Part shown: positions 11,368-24,991 of the stretch, piece after piece | How the letters are laid out: every line of letters starts with the position of its first letter | Position numbering within the stretch: the stretch's first letter is position 1 | Assembly (NCBI GenBank): GCA_000934665.2 | Contig: KZ539123.1 | Location: 1 to 32,581 of the forward strand | Source: Catajapyx aquilonaris | Taxonomy: Eukaryota | DNA length: 32,581 nt | Reading direction: 5' to 3' | Notes under the pieces: model-generated | The model's database searches: none | Told to the model about the DNA's origin: nothing | The model's input: the letters and a program-made list of their open reading frames with translations, nothing else | Translations under genes and position numbers: made by a program

Positions 11368-14300
11368 CTGCAAAGATATCACAAGAATAAGCAACCAATT
11401 TTGGGCCCCTTAAAAATCGCCAATTTGAGAAAATCAGAAAAATTCTACTTTTTTTGCACAACTCCATGAAGCTCATACAAAATCCGGATCAACTTCAAAA
11501 TCAATTCTTTAAAATGATTTTTCTGCAATTAAATTCGCGATAGGTGTAACGAAAAGAGTAACTATACCTGGTAATCCGAAAATACTTTGCCAGTTATTCA
11601 GGATTGGCAAGCTGTGTGAGGATAGGATTAAGGCAGGGATTATGCACGGCACGGAGCCTCCGACTTTATAATGGAGTTAGTGTTTTCGCGAGATAGGAGA
11701 GATCGGCACAAGAAATCGCTAGAAATTGCTAAAAAAAGGGGGGGGGGGGGAAAGGTCTTATCTAACTAGACACGCTCGCATCGACCGAACAATCAGAAAA
11801 AAATTTCACAAAGTATTTCCAAAACAAATTGTGCGGGTTCGTCATATTCACTGGGCGCCGCCATGTTTGGTCCCAAAAATTTATTCCTCTTTTTTTTGCG
11901 ACGTGCTAACCGGTCACGGCTTGTTTTCCTGCTTGATTTATGCCGCACTTGTTGATTCCCCCAAAAAATATGGTGCCAGTTTGTGCAGATGTATATACGG
12001 CTGTGCTGCGTTTATTTCCATAGCTGAGTCGGTTGCCTTTCAAGACATGTGGTGTCTGACACGCCATGACAGTTTATACGACTGTACCGCTTGTGCACTC
12101 CCGGAGAATAATTTATAAATCCCAGGGCTACATAAACATTCAGAGACGTCAGTTCGGACTCGGCAGAACCTAATTAGAAATGCGACGGATGACGCCAATA
12201 CGAGTAGGACCATCAATATACACGTGCCGCTCCAAAGACCGCAAGTTTCCCTGCTCACTAATTACTGCAGGTACTTGCTAATGAGAATTTATGGGCAAAC
12301 TTGGCCCATGGAATGATTCCGTTCTCCATCAGGTTTGCCACCACGATTCAAAGCAGGATTGCCCTGAAATCCTACCTTCAAAATCTCAGATTTCGTCCCA
12401 TCTTCGTCCGACCACTTTGCCAGAGAAACTTGAAGCCAAACCAAACATTCAGAAAAAGAATGATGACAGCAAAAAAAAAAGTTATTATTTAACAAAAATT
12501 CTGTGCCCATTTCCAAGTTGCGAAAGTGCGACACTGTAACAATTGTCCAACTTCCGCATGCAAATAGGCTTGTTTTCAATACTCCTCGAACCCCCCCACT
12601 TACGAGACTAATGCAATTTTAGAAGAGGGCACGAGTTATACTGGGGAAAACCCAAATTTGCGGTGTAAAAGGCCCGGATGACTTCTTTTAACTGCATTAA
12701 AACTTCCTACTTCTATTCCAGTCCTTTTCTCACTGCCAACGCAAACATCTTATCTGGGGGGTTTCTCCCAGGAACTTCTTGAATGTCTGGAGTAATATCA
12801 GTCTTGGGTAGAGAGAAAGAGAAAAGAGAGTTGGTTAAAAAAAACGGCACGGTCAATATTTGCAATTACAAAGTCTTTCTTCTTCCTTGCGTGAGATAGT
12901 CACAGCAGAAAGTTTCAATTGGATTTCGTGGTGGGTAAATCGCAAAAAATAGAGAAGTCTGTTTACAGCCAGTCCCTTTGGCGGAAGAACCGGCCGTTAT
13001 CTTGCATCAGACAGTGATATAGCTAAAAGGAATAGTTTTTACGTCTGAAATGCTTGCCAGTAATAGACACACCCACTTTATGCATGTTTCAAAATGTTAA
13101 AAAGACGGCCATGAGTGACATGCTATCTTTTCCATTTTGTTTGTCCGAGTTGATAGTACCACTACTCTTCGCACGACCTGAGGGTGGCGGGAGGTAATGT
13201 GCGTCATCTATGAGACAAGTACTTCATGCAATACCAATATATACTGCAGATGTTCCACCTCCACGTGTCAGCTTCGACCAGAGTCCACATCAAATAAAAA
13301 AGAGATCCATCAGCCATAGACCAAAGCCGTTGAAGGTGTTTCCCTAACTCAGACATAATCCATCATTTGGAGCTGGGAGGGTGAATTCCCATGGCGGACA
13401 ACCCAACTCTTGGCCCAAGCACACACGTAGGCCAATAAGCCGGACCCCACGGATAACTATTGAGTCCCAATCCCCAAGTGGGGCTGTCACGAGAAGAGGA
13501 TAATCCGATGCCCCTTTATGGTCTCTGTCGTCCAATTTCGACAAAGCTCTTTAAAGTCCGGTCTGAAATAGTTATAGCCCCGCACGCTCCTCGCAATATA
13601 TACGTATACGAAGGAAGTCGTACTATTTTTTTAAATTGCGGAAAATCGGGTTTGAAAAACATCGCTTTCCCAAGATTAGCTTCCCCAAAGTTTTAAGGAT
13701 GCAAAAAATATATATAAAAAGGCCATCGAGGCAGATCATAACCCTCAAAAATGATAGCGGCATTTTGAGGTGTTTGCGCAAATATTGCAGACTATGGCAA
13801 AATTACCCGGAGAAGATTGAGCCATTTGGGAAATGGAAAGCTTCCGGATAGTGCTATCTGCAACGGTGTATAGTCTACCCTTCATATATTTCAGCTCGCC
13901 GTTTTCCACACTAAACGGTATCGCTGGGCGTAATTATTCAGCTAACGCGGGGAATATAGCGCGGGAGGAGATCAAGTTTATGCCATGTATTTAAACATGG
14001 GGGCTCTGGACTGGGAATCGTTTTATAGTTGCCAATTTTCAGCGCGGAATTACATGACCCGGAAAGATACGGGCAGCAAAAAAATAAAAAATAAAATCTG
14101 GATTTTAGAATTTGAAACCTCAACCGCACGATTACAGTGTTTTGCAAGAACCTTATCTGCAAAAGTGAGCCGGAAAAAAAACCTTATGGATTTTTAAATA
14201 CAATTTAAGTACTCTCTACAATAACCAGGTATGTGGACTTACCTGGTTTAGAGGCATTTTGCTTTGAAACTCTGGAAAAAAGTCCCAAGTGCACATTCCT

Positions 14301-17300
14301 GGTTATTGCATATAACACATATTTGAATGGCAAACTGCTTCTACAGTATTATTTGTTGACGGAATTGTCAATATGCTTTCCCTTGTAAGTATTAAAATTT
14401 TTTAATAAACGCAAAGCACAAATTGCAATAACTGGCTTGAATTATTTAAAGAATAAGCCAGATATGCACAAAACAGCAAACAAAATTTTAATTAACTAGT
14501 GACCCGTGACCTTTGCGATTGTTGAAACAGACCCGTAAACATTACATTGACTATTTCCTGCAAATTTAATAACGTTAATTATGTCCTACAAAATTTGCAA
14601 GCGGGAGTCGTTTTGAAAGAACGCAAACAGCGTGACAGTAATCAGGTTTCGCCATTTACTCCACTTTGATTGCAAGTTTGTGCTAATCAAGCTAATTGTC
14701 AAAAACTGCCAATATCCTACACACCAACCCAGTGATTTCCAACCGCAAATTTTCGAGCCTGATCAGAATCCGCCATTTAAATTCAGTTCTCCAAATAAAC
14801 CGTGATTTCCAACTCTATAGGCCTGTACTTACATAGGACTGCGTTCAAAATTGGCAGTCGCACCGGATGATGCATCGCGGCACCATACCATTCGCAGTTT
14901 TCGAGTGCAAACACGGTACCCTCATTTGCTCTCCTTTAATCTCGGAAAAAGCAGAGTCCGGCTGGCGGCTGCAAACGCATCCAATTAGCATCGCAAACGC
15001 AGGGAGTGGCCGAGTACTGTATTTGCACTGTAAAAAAATATATGCAAGTGGCCCTCTCCAAGGTGTGCTCTACTTGAAAGCAGGACTGGTAATGGCCCGC
15101 TGCCCAGAGCACTCTGGGATACGGACGTGCGGATTTTAATTAATCAAATCCTGAGAGGTGAGGATTCAGATTGCTTCTCTCCACAAACGGACACGCTGAA
15201 ACGCAATTAGCTGTGGAAACAGATCCCAGCTACATCAGCGGACCAAGAGTGCTCCAATAACTGACCAACCACTGCGACGATTCAGAGGGATCCAGCTCTG
15301 TAACACAAGTACTGTACAGTACCACAAATCACTGATTACTCCCAAAAAATTATGAGCTCCATAAAATTCATGGCCATCACTTTTTTAACGATGCACAGTT
15401 ATTATTGATAATACCAACCGTGCATTCTGCGCGAACTGTGGTGCGCACTCGGTTGAGCTCGTAAAAAAAACTTCATCCTTTTACATACCGTACTGTATAA
15501 TGCAAGTAAGCCCACCTGTGTTGATTTTGCGAACCAAAAAAAGAGACCCAACAATTACCCTCAATCAATTACTGTCACTTCTTCATCCGACGCAATATTT
15601 TGTCCTCAGTTTCAGGCAGACAATAGAGGGTGCCCAGGGCTGAGTGATGGAGCCCGCCCCCCCTCCATACATTCTCTATTGCTTCATACGTTGTTCATGC
15701 AAATCCCAGGCACGCATTTTAGGTACAATGAACCGCAGTTGCTCGTGCCTCGAAACCCTAACCAAATACGTTCGAAACAAAAGCACTTGGGCGGTTTCGC
15801 ACACCCGGGTAGTTTTACATATACACAGTGCTCATTGCAGGGTATCATTACACTCCAAAATAAAAACCACCATTTTTTTTGTTATAGGGAAATAAGAAAG
15901 GCAAGCTGAAATTACTTCATGCAATGTCTGGTGCTAACTAACCACAAAATTTTTCAAAAAAAAACGCCATTATCATTTCAGTTTGAGGTTTCAATCGGAT
16001 TTGGGCCGCGATGGCCGCATTAAATGTATCATTTAAAAATCCATCATGTGGGGGTTAACTGGCTTCTGTGTGCAGGATCAGGGCTTATTATTAGTTCGTT
16101 TCCATTATTACTCCAATTTGCACGGGGTCCCACATGGATGGGAAGCTTTGTAATGCAATAGGCTAAAAAATTGCAGAACCTCCAAGCGTTTGTGGCTATA
16201 GGTGGCAAAGTACATTGAAACGACCGCCTAAATTGCACTATTCAATGCATAATAATGAGCCTGCAAAAGTGAGTTTGTATCCGCAATTGGCACGTTCTTT
16301 ACTTTTAAAAATTAAGTCGAAAAATCGCAATTTTGCCCTGCAGTTCAACCTTTGATGTATATAGAAACAGCAGCATTTATAGCGCAAAACAAATCAATCA
16401 CTTCAGGGCTATCATCAGTTGATTCCCAACTCAAGAGTGGTGATTTATATGAGTTAAGTCTCCTTTTCACGAGGCCTTTTCTACAAGATCGTAAATAACT
16501 ACAGAGAGCTCCCATTCTCCTATAAAGTTCACCCATAATCCAATCCCGCACAAGAGCACTCTTTGAAGGAGATTTCGGTTTCCTAATTGGGGAATTACTC
16601 CGATCTGAAGATAGCTTCCTTTTCCTTATACCCGGAAGGTTTCCTCAGGGGAACTGCATTTCTCACTCCCGGAACAATCAGAGAAACCGATTTCCAACGA
16701 AACACGACGCCCTAGAGCTGAACTCCGCTCTTGAAAATTAATCCATGAGATTGAGCCGCCTTATATTTTGTGGGGGGAAAAAAAGAGAGAGAAAGTCCAT
16801 CGTGGTCTATTGCAGTTAATGCTTCCAGTTGGATAGTGGTGACAGGTGGAATCAATCTGGGAGACTTTTAAAAAAGGCCCCCTGTTCACCTCGGGTAATT
16901 TAATTCAAGGTACTGCAAAGCCCTCTTCTCGAATGGCTGGCCGCAGTTTCAATTTTGACAAGCGATAGGTTACAGCTTGCTAGTTTTTAAAATAAAAAAC
17001 CATAGTTTGCTGTTGTGTAACTGATATTTTGACAAGTCCTTTCATGTGGTATGGCCTTTACAAAAAAATAATGCATGCACCGGTACTATACAGTACAATT
17101 CATGAAAAATGTACATTTATTCGTGCATTTTCCCCACAATTATTTTTGTACATCCAGTGTCAACTATAGTAACGAGCACATTGCTATAGGATCGTAAACT
17201 TTTTATGCCTCAACAGATTTTAAACCCTCCTCTGCTGACCTGCTGGCTTGTGTTTATGGCCGAAGAGATGTCCAGGCCGGTAGCAAATGGACAGATATAA

Positions 17301-20300
17301 CACACGCCCAGGTTGTAGATCCGGCGTTAATTATACGAGGAGGGGGGGGGTTGTGCTGCCGGAAAAATAAAGGTCTGGGAATTTTTGGGCGGGGGTCCAT
17401 GTGGCTTGGAAAACGGGATACGCCCTTTTCCCAGAACCTGCCCGCTGGATCAACAGAGTGATGAGGATGAAACCGGCTGCTGCTGTGTTTAATATTACTG
17501 ATAAAAAAAATTTGGTCGATCAGGAATCGATATTAGATCAGGAAGGGGTCAGAGACAGGATAAATTGAGATTCCAATGAGGGGGTTTTCCGGATTCCGGA
17601 ATTTTGCGAACCTCCGGAGTATTCTATTGATCCCCAGCAGCAGCAACGGGGAGCTCGCGCGAAATTAATCCAATTTTAATTTTTTTTTTGCACTGAATAT
17701 TCTGCAGGGCGTTATGAAATATTCTTGCGGTTTCGAAGTCAGCATGACGGCTCTTTTCTTGGTGTTATTAATATGTGCAGATCATCGATCCCATTTCAGC
17801 GCTTGCATATTAAGCTTATAAGCCGCCCCCCAAAAATCCCCATTACGATTACATTCGAGATTCAATCTGGGCTAGATCAACGAGGACCTATTTGAATTTT
17901 TATGTGCTGGTTTTAAAAAAAAATCCGACAGACTAGTACAGAGAGGTTGGTAGGCCTATGAAATCTGCCACACGTGCGTGTATACGAATTCTCTTTATCC
18001 TGTTCAGCCTACATATGCCCTGTAGCTGCGATATTAAATCCATGATTGGAATCCTCTCTCATAAGGTTTTATTTAAATTGTGATTGTAAGCTGCGTACAA
18101 AAGCAAAACCATCATCTGATCAAGTAAAGTGTGTATAAAAGTACATAGTATAACCACAAGAAACTGATGTAGTGGTAGATATTTACTATACAGTATAATG
18201 AGCAATGACTTTAATTTATATTCGGAGCATATATAAATACATAGAGAATGTTTATTTAATAGCTAATGAATTATTAATTCAAAATATATAATTTAGTTAA
18301 CATGCATGAGGATTTAGGACAAGATCGAGCTTAGCAAACATTGGAACATGCGGCATGCCCAAGCCATTAACAATAATGGGCCTGTTAATTCGTCAATAAT
18401 GCAACGCTAATTAATAAAGCTATGTTAATCCACAAAGGGCATTGGAAATAATGGCCTTCACACAACATTTAAAATGTGCTAATATAAAATTGACACAATA
18501 AAAGCCACAGGTTATGTTAGACCACTAAAAACAATTCAAACATACACCTATCATACAACCACAATAAAGTACATTAGTCCGCAATAATTATAATGCTGAT
18601 CGTGCTTGATAAAATTAATGCACGCGTTTTGTTATAATTAATGTGGGACTAGTACACAATCAGTAATGTAATAAAACTTGTTGACTTTTTAAATTAATTA
18701 ATAATTTTAAAATTAACTTCATTTCCAACACCACACACTAATTCATGTTACAGAGCACATATTAAATGCATCAATAATAAACACGCATCAGAACCTACGA
18801 AATATTGAAAATATCATATGGTGTTTGCAATATCATCTGACCATCAGGCACAGGAAATATTGAGCTCTTTTGAGAGTCCGCGCCCTTTGTTTTCTTCTCA
18901 GGCAAAGAGGAAATCCAAAGAAAAAGCCGCAATTCGTGAAAAACATACTGTTTATATGATGGTGGGAAGAAGCGTCTTTTTTCTATCACAGATCTCGTGA
19001 CCCGTAAGCACAGCACGATCTTGCCATGAGGCAAAATCCGATGCACCTTCAGACATACAATATACGAAGAAGGTTCTGGCTCTAAAAAAAACATTTGATA
19101 TAGTTCAACACTCAGGTATGTGTGAACTGGAGCCCAAAACCCGCAAAAAAAAACTTAGTAAATTATTTTGCAATCCCAACTCCATCCTTTCTGTGTACAT
19201 AAACCTTCCCGATATAATTCGGTTCTAGACATTCCAGGCAGCTTCCTTCCCCGATATTATACTGGCAATCTCTCAGGTCCGCCTTTTTTTATGTGGAGAT
19301 ATACCCCCCTCAAGAAATCTTGTCGTAAAGTATAAAAGGTTATTCCCTTGGAAAGTATTGGAGAATTTTTTTTAAAGGAGGTGGTGCCGAAAGAGCTTTG
19401 AGCAGCATCCCGGATAATAACCGTATTTTATGTCCACATGGGTTTTACAAGTGCCTTGATTATATTCACTGTCGTGCACTATTCCGTAATGAAAAAAAAA
19501 ACCTCACGCACATTTTCATCTTTTACGGGGTTGCTTCAGGTTTTTTCCTAGCTTGTTCACGAGCATCATTAGGCTTCACTGTATTGAAATATTTACACCA
19601 TAGTGTGTTACAGTGTATCAGTTCCTGGCACATCTTTTCCTTTAATCTTAAAGGTAGATGGTGTCTTTGGAGGGGGCATCTTGAATAATTTCCACGTTCC
19701 TAAGAGCGCATTGCCCTTTAAGACAGGACATTGGAAAATTTATACGGTGTGTACTAAAGGCCATAAGGAGAGCTTATGAAGTGCTGGCGCCGAGAAATGG
19801 CGAGAGCTGTGCAAGTCATAAACGGGAGGGGAGGTATAGGGGGTTGAGTTCAGCTCTTAGGACCACCTGAACCACACACAAGCTGAAGAAAATTATGGGA
19901 CCAGCGGACGTAAATGGACAGACACTAAATCTGGATTTGTGACTAGGGTGCAAGCTTAGAAGGTGGAGAGAAAAATAACTCTCCCGAGCTAAGGAAAACA
20001 CTGTTATTGTGCTCCTTATGCAAATTAGGTGGGTGTGGCACTTAAATTCCATGAAAAAATACATCAGAAGATTTTCATATCACGCCTATGAACGCCTCTA
20101 ATTTGCGCCCAATTTGACTGAAAAGGCAATAAGCTATGAGGTAACAAGACCTCACCAATTACGGGGTAATTTATTTGTCAGCAAGGCGCCTCCTTTCCGA
20201 AAAGAAGAAGCTTGATGTAGCCACCTTTGTCATCCATACCTGTTTTCTCCCTCCGACTTGGAAACACACACACACAACCTTTCCCTTCCCTTAAAAAAAA

Positions 20301-23300
20301 ACCAGTTGCCGAAAGCATCTCTCTCTCTCTGCTCAGACCGAGATTTATTTCCCAGGCTGCCACCTGAAGACGACACCACTCCATCTGCTCAAAACCACAA
20401 AAGAAAATGGATCCAGGGTACGGAAAAATAGGCGTAAATAGAACTGAGCCTGAATAATGTGATCTTGACTTGCTTGGAAATCCTCCGGGCAATTTTGAAC
20501 CCGTCAAGGAAAAATACGGGAGGCACAAGAAATTGTCCCGTCCAGGACACCCGGTTGGCTGTCTTCTGCTCCAAACATTTTATTAGAAAATATATTAATG
20601 TTATTAATCCTTAGAAAAAAAAATTTTTAAAGAAAAATCTCTGTCTATTCACAAATCCTAGTCTACTGTGGAGTAATGTACCAACTTCTTATCTCTGTGG
20701 TGTCTTTCCCGCCGAGGATCGCTGTTGCGAAGATAGTTTGCAAAGAAATGGCAGGTAATGCCCGGATCAATACGGACGTAAAAAAAACGCAAACATCGCA
20801 GTCTATATCATGCAAGAAACTACAGTTGCAAAGCTCAGTCTGTCAATAACCTACTGGTGCGAATAGTTTAAAGAAAAGCAAGGTTTTTTCTCCAGCTAAA
20901 GTTCCTGTTGCTTGTTTTCAGGCCAATAGACAATCACAATGTTCATCTTCCGAGTCCACAAAATCAGGAAGAAATGGAGCCAACCTATAGCAACCAAGTG
21001 TAAACATAAATCGCAATTAGTTGCTTCTTCGTTCCGAATGATGCTCGAAAAAAAACAACTGAACCGACGATCAAATTAATTGGAGTGATTCAGAGATCAA
21101 ACATTGTGGTTCAACTGATCATTTCTCCCCCATGAAGGGTTTGAACCTTGCTGCACTTATCTACTCTGAGAGTCTCGGAATTAGGACGTTTTGATCCTCT
21201 CAGCTCCCTTCCACACCACGAACTTGATGTAATCCTCTACCAGGTCCTGCAAAATCCTCTACTCAGTTTCCCCCCATGCTCTTAAAACTAATTTTCTGCG
21301 ATGTGATTACTATTTTCATTGGCGAAACGAGAAGCGTTTTCTGTGGAAAAACGAGGGGGACCCCGATGCCTTTTAAACCATGGCAGCCTGAGCACGAGCA
21401 CTATTCATCATCGGTTGGGGGGTCCAGGCTGCTCTCTTCTCCACTAATGAATCACTCCCGAGGTGGGAAATATTGCGAACGGGTTTTGTGCAGAAATTGC
21501 GCCCCTATCACTAAATCACTCGCTTTGAAATACATGGAGCCATTTTCTTTCAAGTCCGGCCAAGAAAAAGTCTGAATGCCATTAGCAGATGGCATAAATT
21601 GGGAAAAAACATGTACAGTGTATTGAATTATTGATGTAATTAACATAATGCAACAATGTGACGCATGATGTAATTCAGAAATAATTAATACATTAATGTT
21701 GTTATAAGCTTAACATAATGTATGTTGCTGCAGGATGCCAGGAATAATTTGAAACGTAGCATATCAATGTCCAACTTTTTTTCAACATTTCCACTGTATT
21801 ATGCTACGGTATTTAAATTTTCATGGATTTTATTGAATCTGACTTAACCTGACTGAACATGTTTGATCCCACTTTGAAGTGACAATATGCTGGTCACACT
21901 GATGACAACCTGCGGAATAATTTCATTGTAAACCACAGTTTATTTTTACTCCCTCGTTCCCCCCTCCCCCAGCCTACCATGCATTAGTAGAACCATCATT
22001 TTGGGTATAATAGTCCCCGTCCCTTGTCACACCGACCACCAGCAAGCGGGGGATGTCACAGAGGACGAGCTTTCACATCGGATGGTGAGGTGGATGGGTG
22101 TAGGGTTTTAAAAAAGATAAAGCAATTAAAATACCCCCGTTGCTCCAAGGGCCTTTCGGGAAACCTGTGATTGGCAGGTGTGAATTTACGCCCGCCAGAA
22201 TATTACACTCATTTTTTTTTGGCATCGCATCAGCTCATAAATATACGCATGATTTGCAGCGTCTATAAATTTCCGCCGCTACATACATCTGAAAAAATGT
22301 TTGCACGCTTTCTGACAAAGGATGACTGGGTGGAGAAAAAAAAAAGTCTTGAGAAAAATCAAGCCCACCTTTTTTTTTGCTTCACAAAAAAAATGTGCCT
22401 CTAGGCAGGTGGGTGGGTGGAGTTTGTCCAGCTCATCAATCCTGAGGGCGGTGGTCTGGGCCAACATCCAAAAATGGAAGTGGATTTTTTTGTGTGTGTT
22501 AGGAAGCACCCCCTCCTCACCATCCATGGAAGTCTGGGGTCAAATTCGTTCAACACAAGGACGCGGCCCGCTAAAAAATTTCTTAAAGCCGAACCACGCG
22601 ACCTGAAACCCGACACTTTTTTTTATGGAAGCTTAATCCGCCGCCAATTAGCACTCTGACTTAATTACAGCGGACTTTTTTACGAGCATCAATCGGAGTG
22701 GAAATGTCTGCAGTTTAAGCCCGCCTTGACAGGGTGTAATTACGGTGCATTGCGGCTTTTTTTTTTAAAGTTCTAGGATCACGCACTATGCTCCTATATA
22801 TAATACAAACTTGTTGATAACAGATAAGGTTATCTTACTTGAATGATTACGATGGACAAATATGACGCCAACTTTGAACCCAATTTTAGGCATAGGCCTT
22901 GGCCAGGTGCGAAATTAGGCTAATAACTCACCTGCAAAACTATCAAGGTCACGTCGCCACCACACTCATGACCGGCGACCTTGAGAGTCCCAGTATCCAA
23001 AACACTGCGCACAAAATTCGCAAAACTGTAAACAATCAAAATATGTCACGTGGGTTCACACACGTTTTTTTCCTTTAAAAAAAATTATTATTTGAACACA
23101 CCACAACGAAAAGCACGTCCTCCCTTCCCGGCTTCGTAGACTCAACTGAGTCAACAGGCTTTGAAAATCTCTGGCCTTCTCCCGATACAAACACTATAGT
23201 GTGCCGAGTCCAGACAACGCCATTGGGGAATGGAGAGAATTATTTTTCCTCAATTGTTATGCACTTTTTTGGGGGCCTAATCTGAAGGCTAATGCATTGC

Positions 23301-24923
23301 TAATCAGGTGTAGATCCCAGGGGCTATGTCATGTTACGAATTAAGCTTGAATGGATACGTGACACGTCACTAATGCGATTTCTGGAGGATGATCCCTTCC
23401 CTGGCAGATAAATCAATCAGCAGGGACTGAACCAACAGATTTTGGAAGGTCCTTTTTTTAAAAAGGTTTGGACACAAAAGTCATGACAGACACTGTTGTT
23501 GGAAAGGTAATTTGTGAGATCATTGCTGCCGAAAATTAACTTCAGGTTCATAACAGACATACACGAATTTAATATTTCAACAGAGTTGTCAATGGCTAAG
23601 GCCATAAAACATTGAATTTAAATTTGAAATAATTTCTGATGAAAGTGAGCTAATGAACACAAGAATATGGCCGCTTCAAAAATATCGTTAGTTCAACTGA
23701 ATTGTTACCTTTTTGCATTACAAATATGTATACTGGTTGTGGCTCCCACCAAAAGGCTCTGTAAAGCCCACTGGGGTAACGAAAAAAATATTTAAAAAAA
23801 TAACGGTTAGTTCAAATGAAATTTTAAATTTAAAATTTAATTTAACCTACCCATATGATTTTTGTGCATAATTCGCAGCACGTAATATGGACATGCAAAA
23901 TTATTTCTTTAGGCCTTTTTTTTGACCTGACGAACTGTCATATACACACTCACCTTCAACTGACGTGCAAGTATGTCGAGAGGAAATAAACCTGAGTTTC
24001 TCCAATATAACCCACGTACAGTGTGACGCATCGTATTTCTTCTTCAACACAAAACTGTCCGAAAATTCCGGGAAAAAGCTCTCCACCAATGACAAAAGGC
24101 ATCCGCTTTCCAAAGAAACACTAACCTTCACTCAGACACCAGCAAAAAAAATGTAGCTAATATCTGAACAAACTTGACGTTTTCATTGCTTTTGAAAGTA
24201 GCTATGTAGCTTCCCACGATACTCATTTAGTTATAATTAAATCTTAGGCAAATACTCCCAAAGTCTGATGTAACTTTTCACGCCGACTCAACTTTTTCCT
24301 GTTCTTTTTTTTTGTGTGTGTGTGTGCGTGCGTCAAGCCCCCTGCGCTTCTCGCAAAATTCAATTTGCAGGAAAATGCGCCCCAGTGCCAAATTTAGGCT
24401 GGGGGTAAAGGGGGGAAAGCATTCCTACTCGAGTACTAGGCTGATTCATCTGGCGAAAAGAATGAAAATCCGGAATTGCAATCAACGAGACACGGTTATT
24501 TGCTACGAAAGCCAGTGGGCGTTATACTCTTTTAAAATTTGAAGAGAGACATCATTGTAGAGAGAAAAATGTGGAAAAAAAGTCAATTTCGGTTTGGAAT
24601 GGATTCGTAATGAGTTTTAGTGAGAAACATGTCTGACCCTATGCAAATTTATAAAAAAAAGTGTTAAAAATTCGGCAAAGCTCCGGTCCAGATTTTCGGA
24701 CCAAGCTCTCGGGTTGAAATAATTGCACTTTCAACAAAAACTGACGCCAACCGCAGCATCCTGCCGCACCAACTTTAGCATTGCAATATTAAATAAATCT
24801 ATATGCTCGCAGTCCGGAACCAGTGTTGCAGATAATAAAGCGGTTTGCCACGCAAAAAAAAATGCAAAACACGCGTAACATTGAGGGAATAGTACATGTT
24901 TCGCAATAAAAAGTGCGGGGCGT

Positions 24924-24991
24924 ACGACCATTCTAAAACGCATATTGTGGAATCGCGAATTTTTTTACAAAACAGCGTTAGAAATGGTCGT
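24924..24991. repeat. Degenerate palindrome centred on TCGCGA
   Basis: Left arm ACGACCATTCTAAAACGCATATTGTGGAA versus reverse complement of the right arm, ACGACCATTTCTAACGCTGTTTTGTAAAA. Confidence 0.65.
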
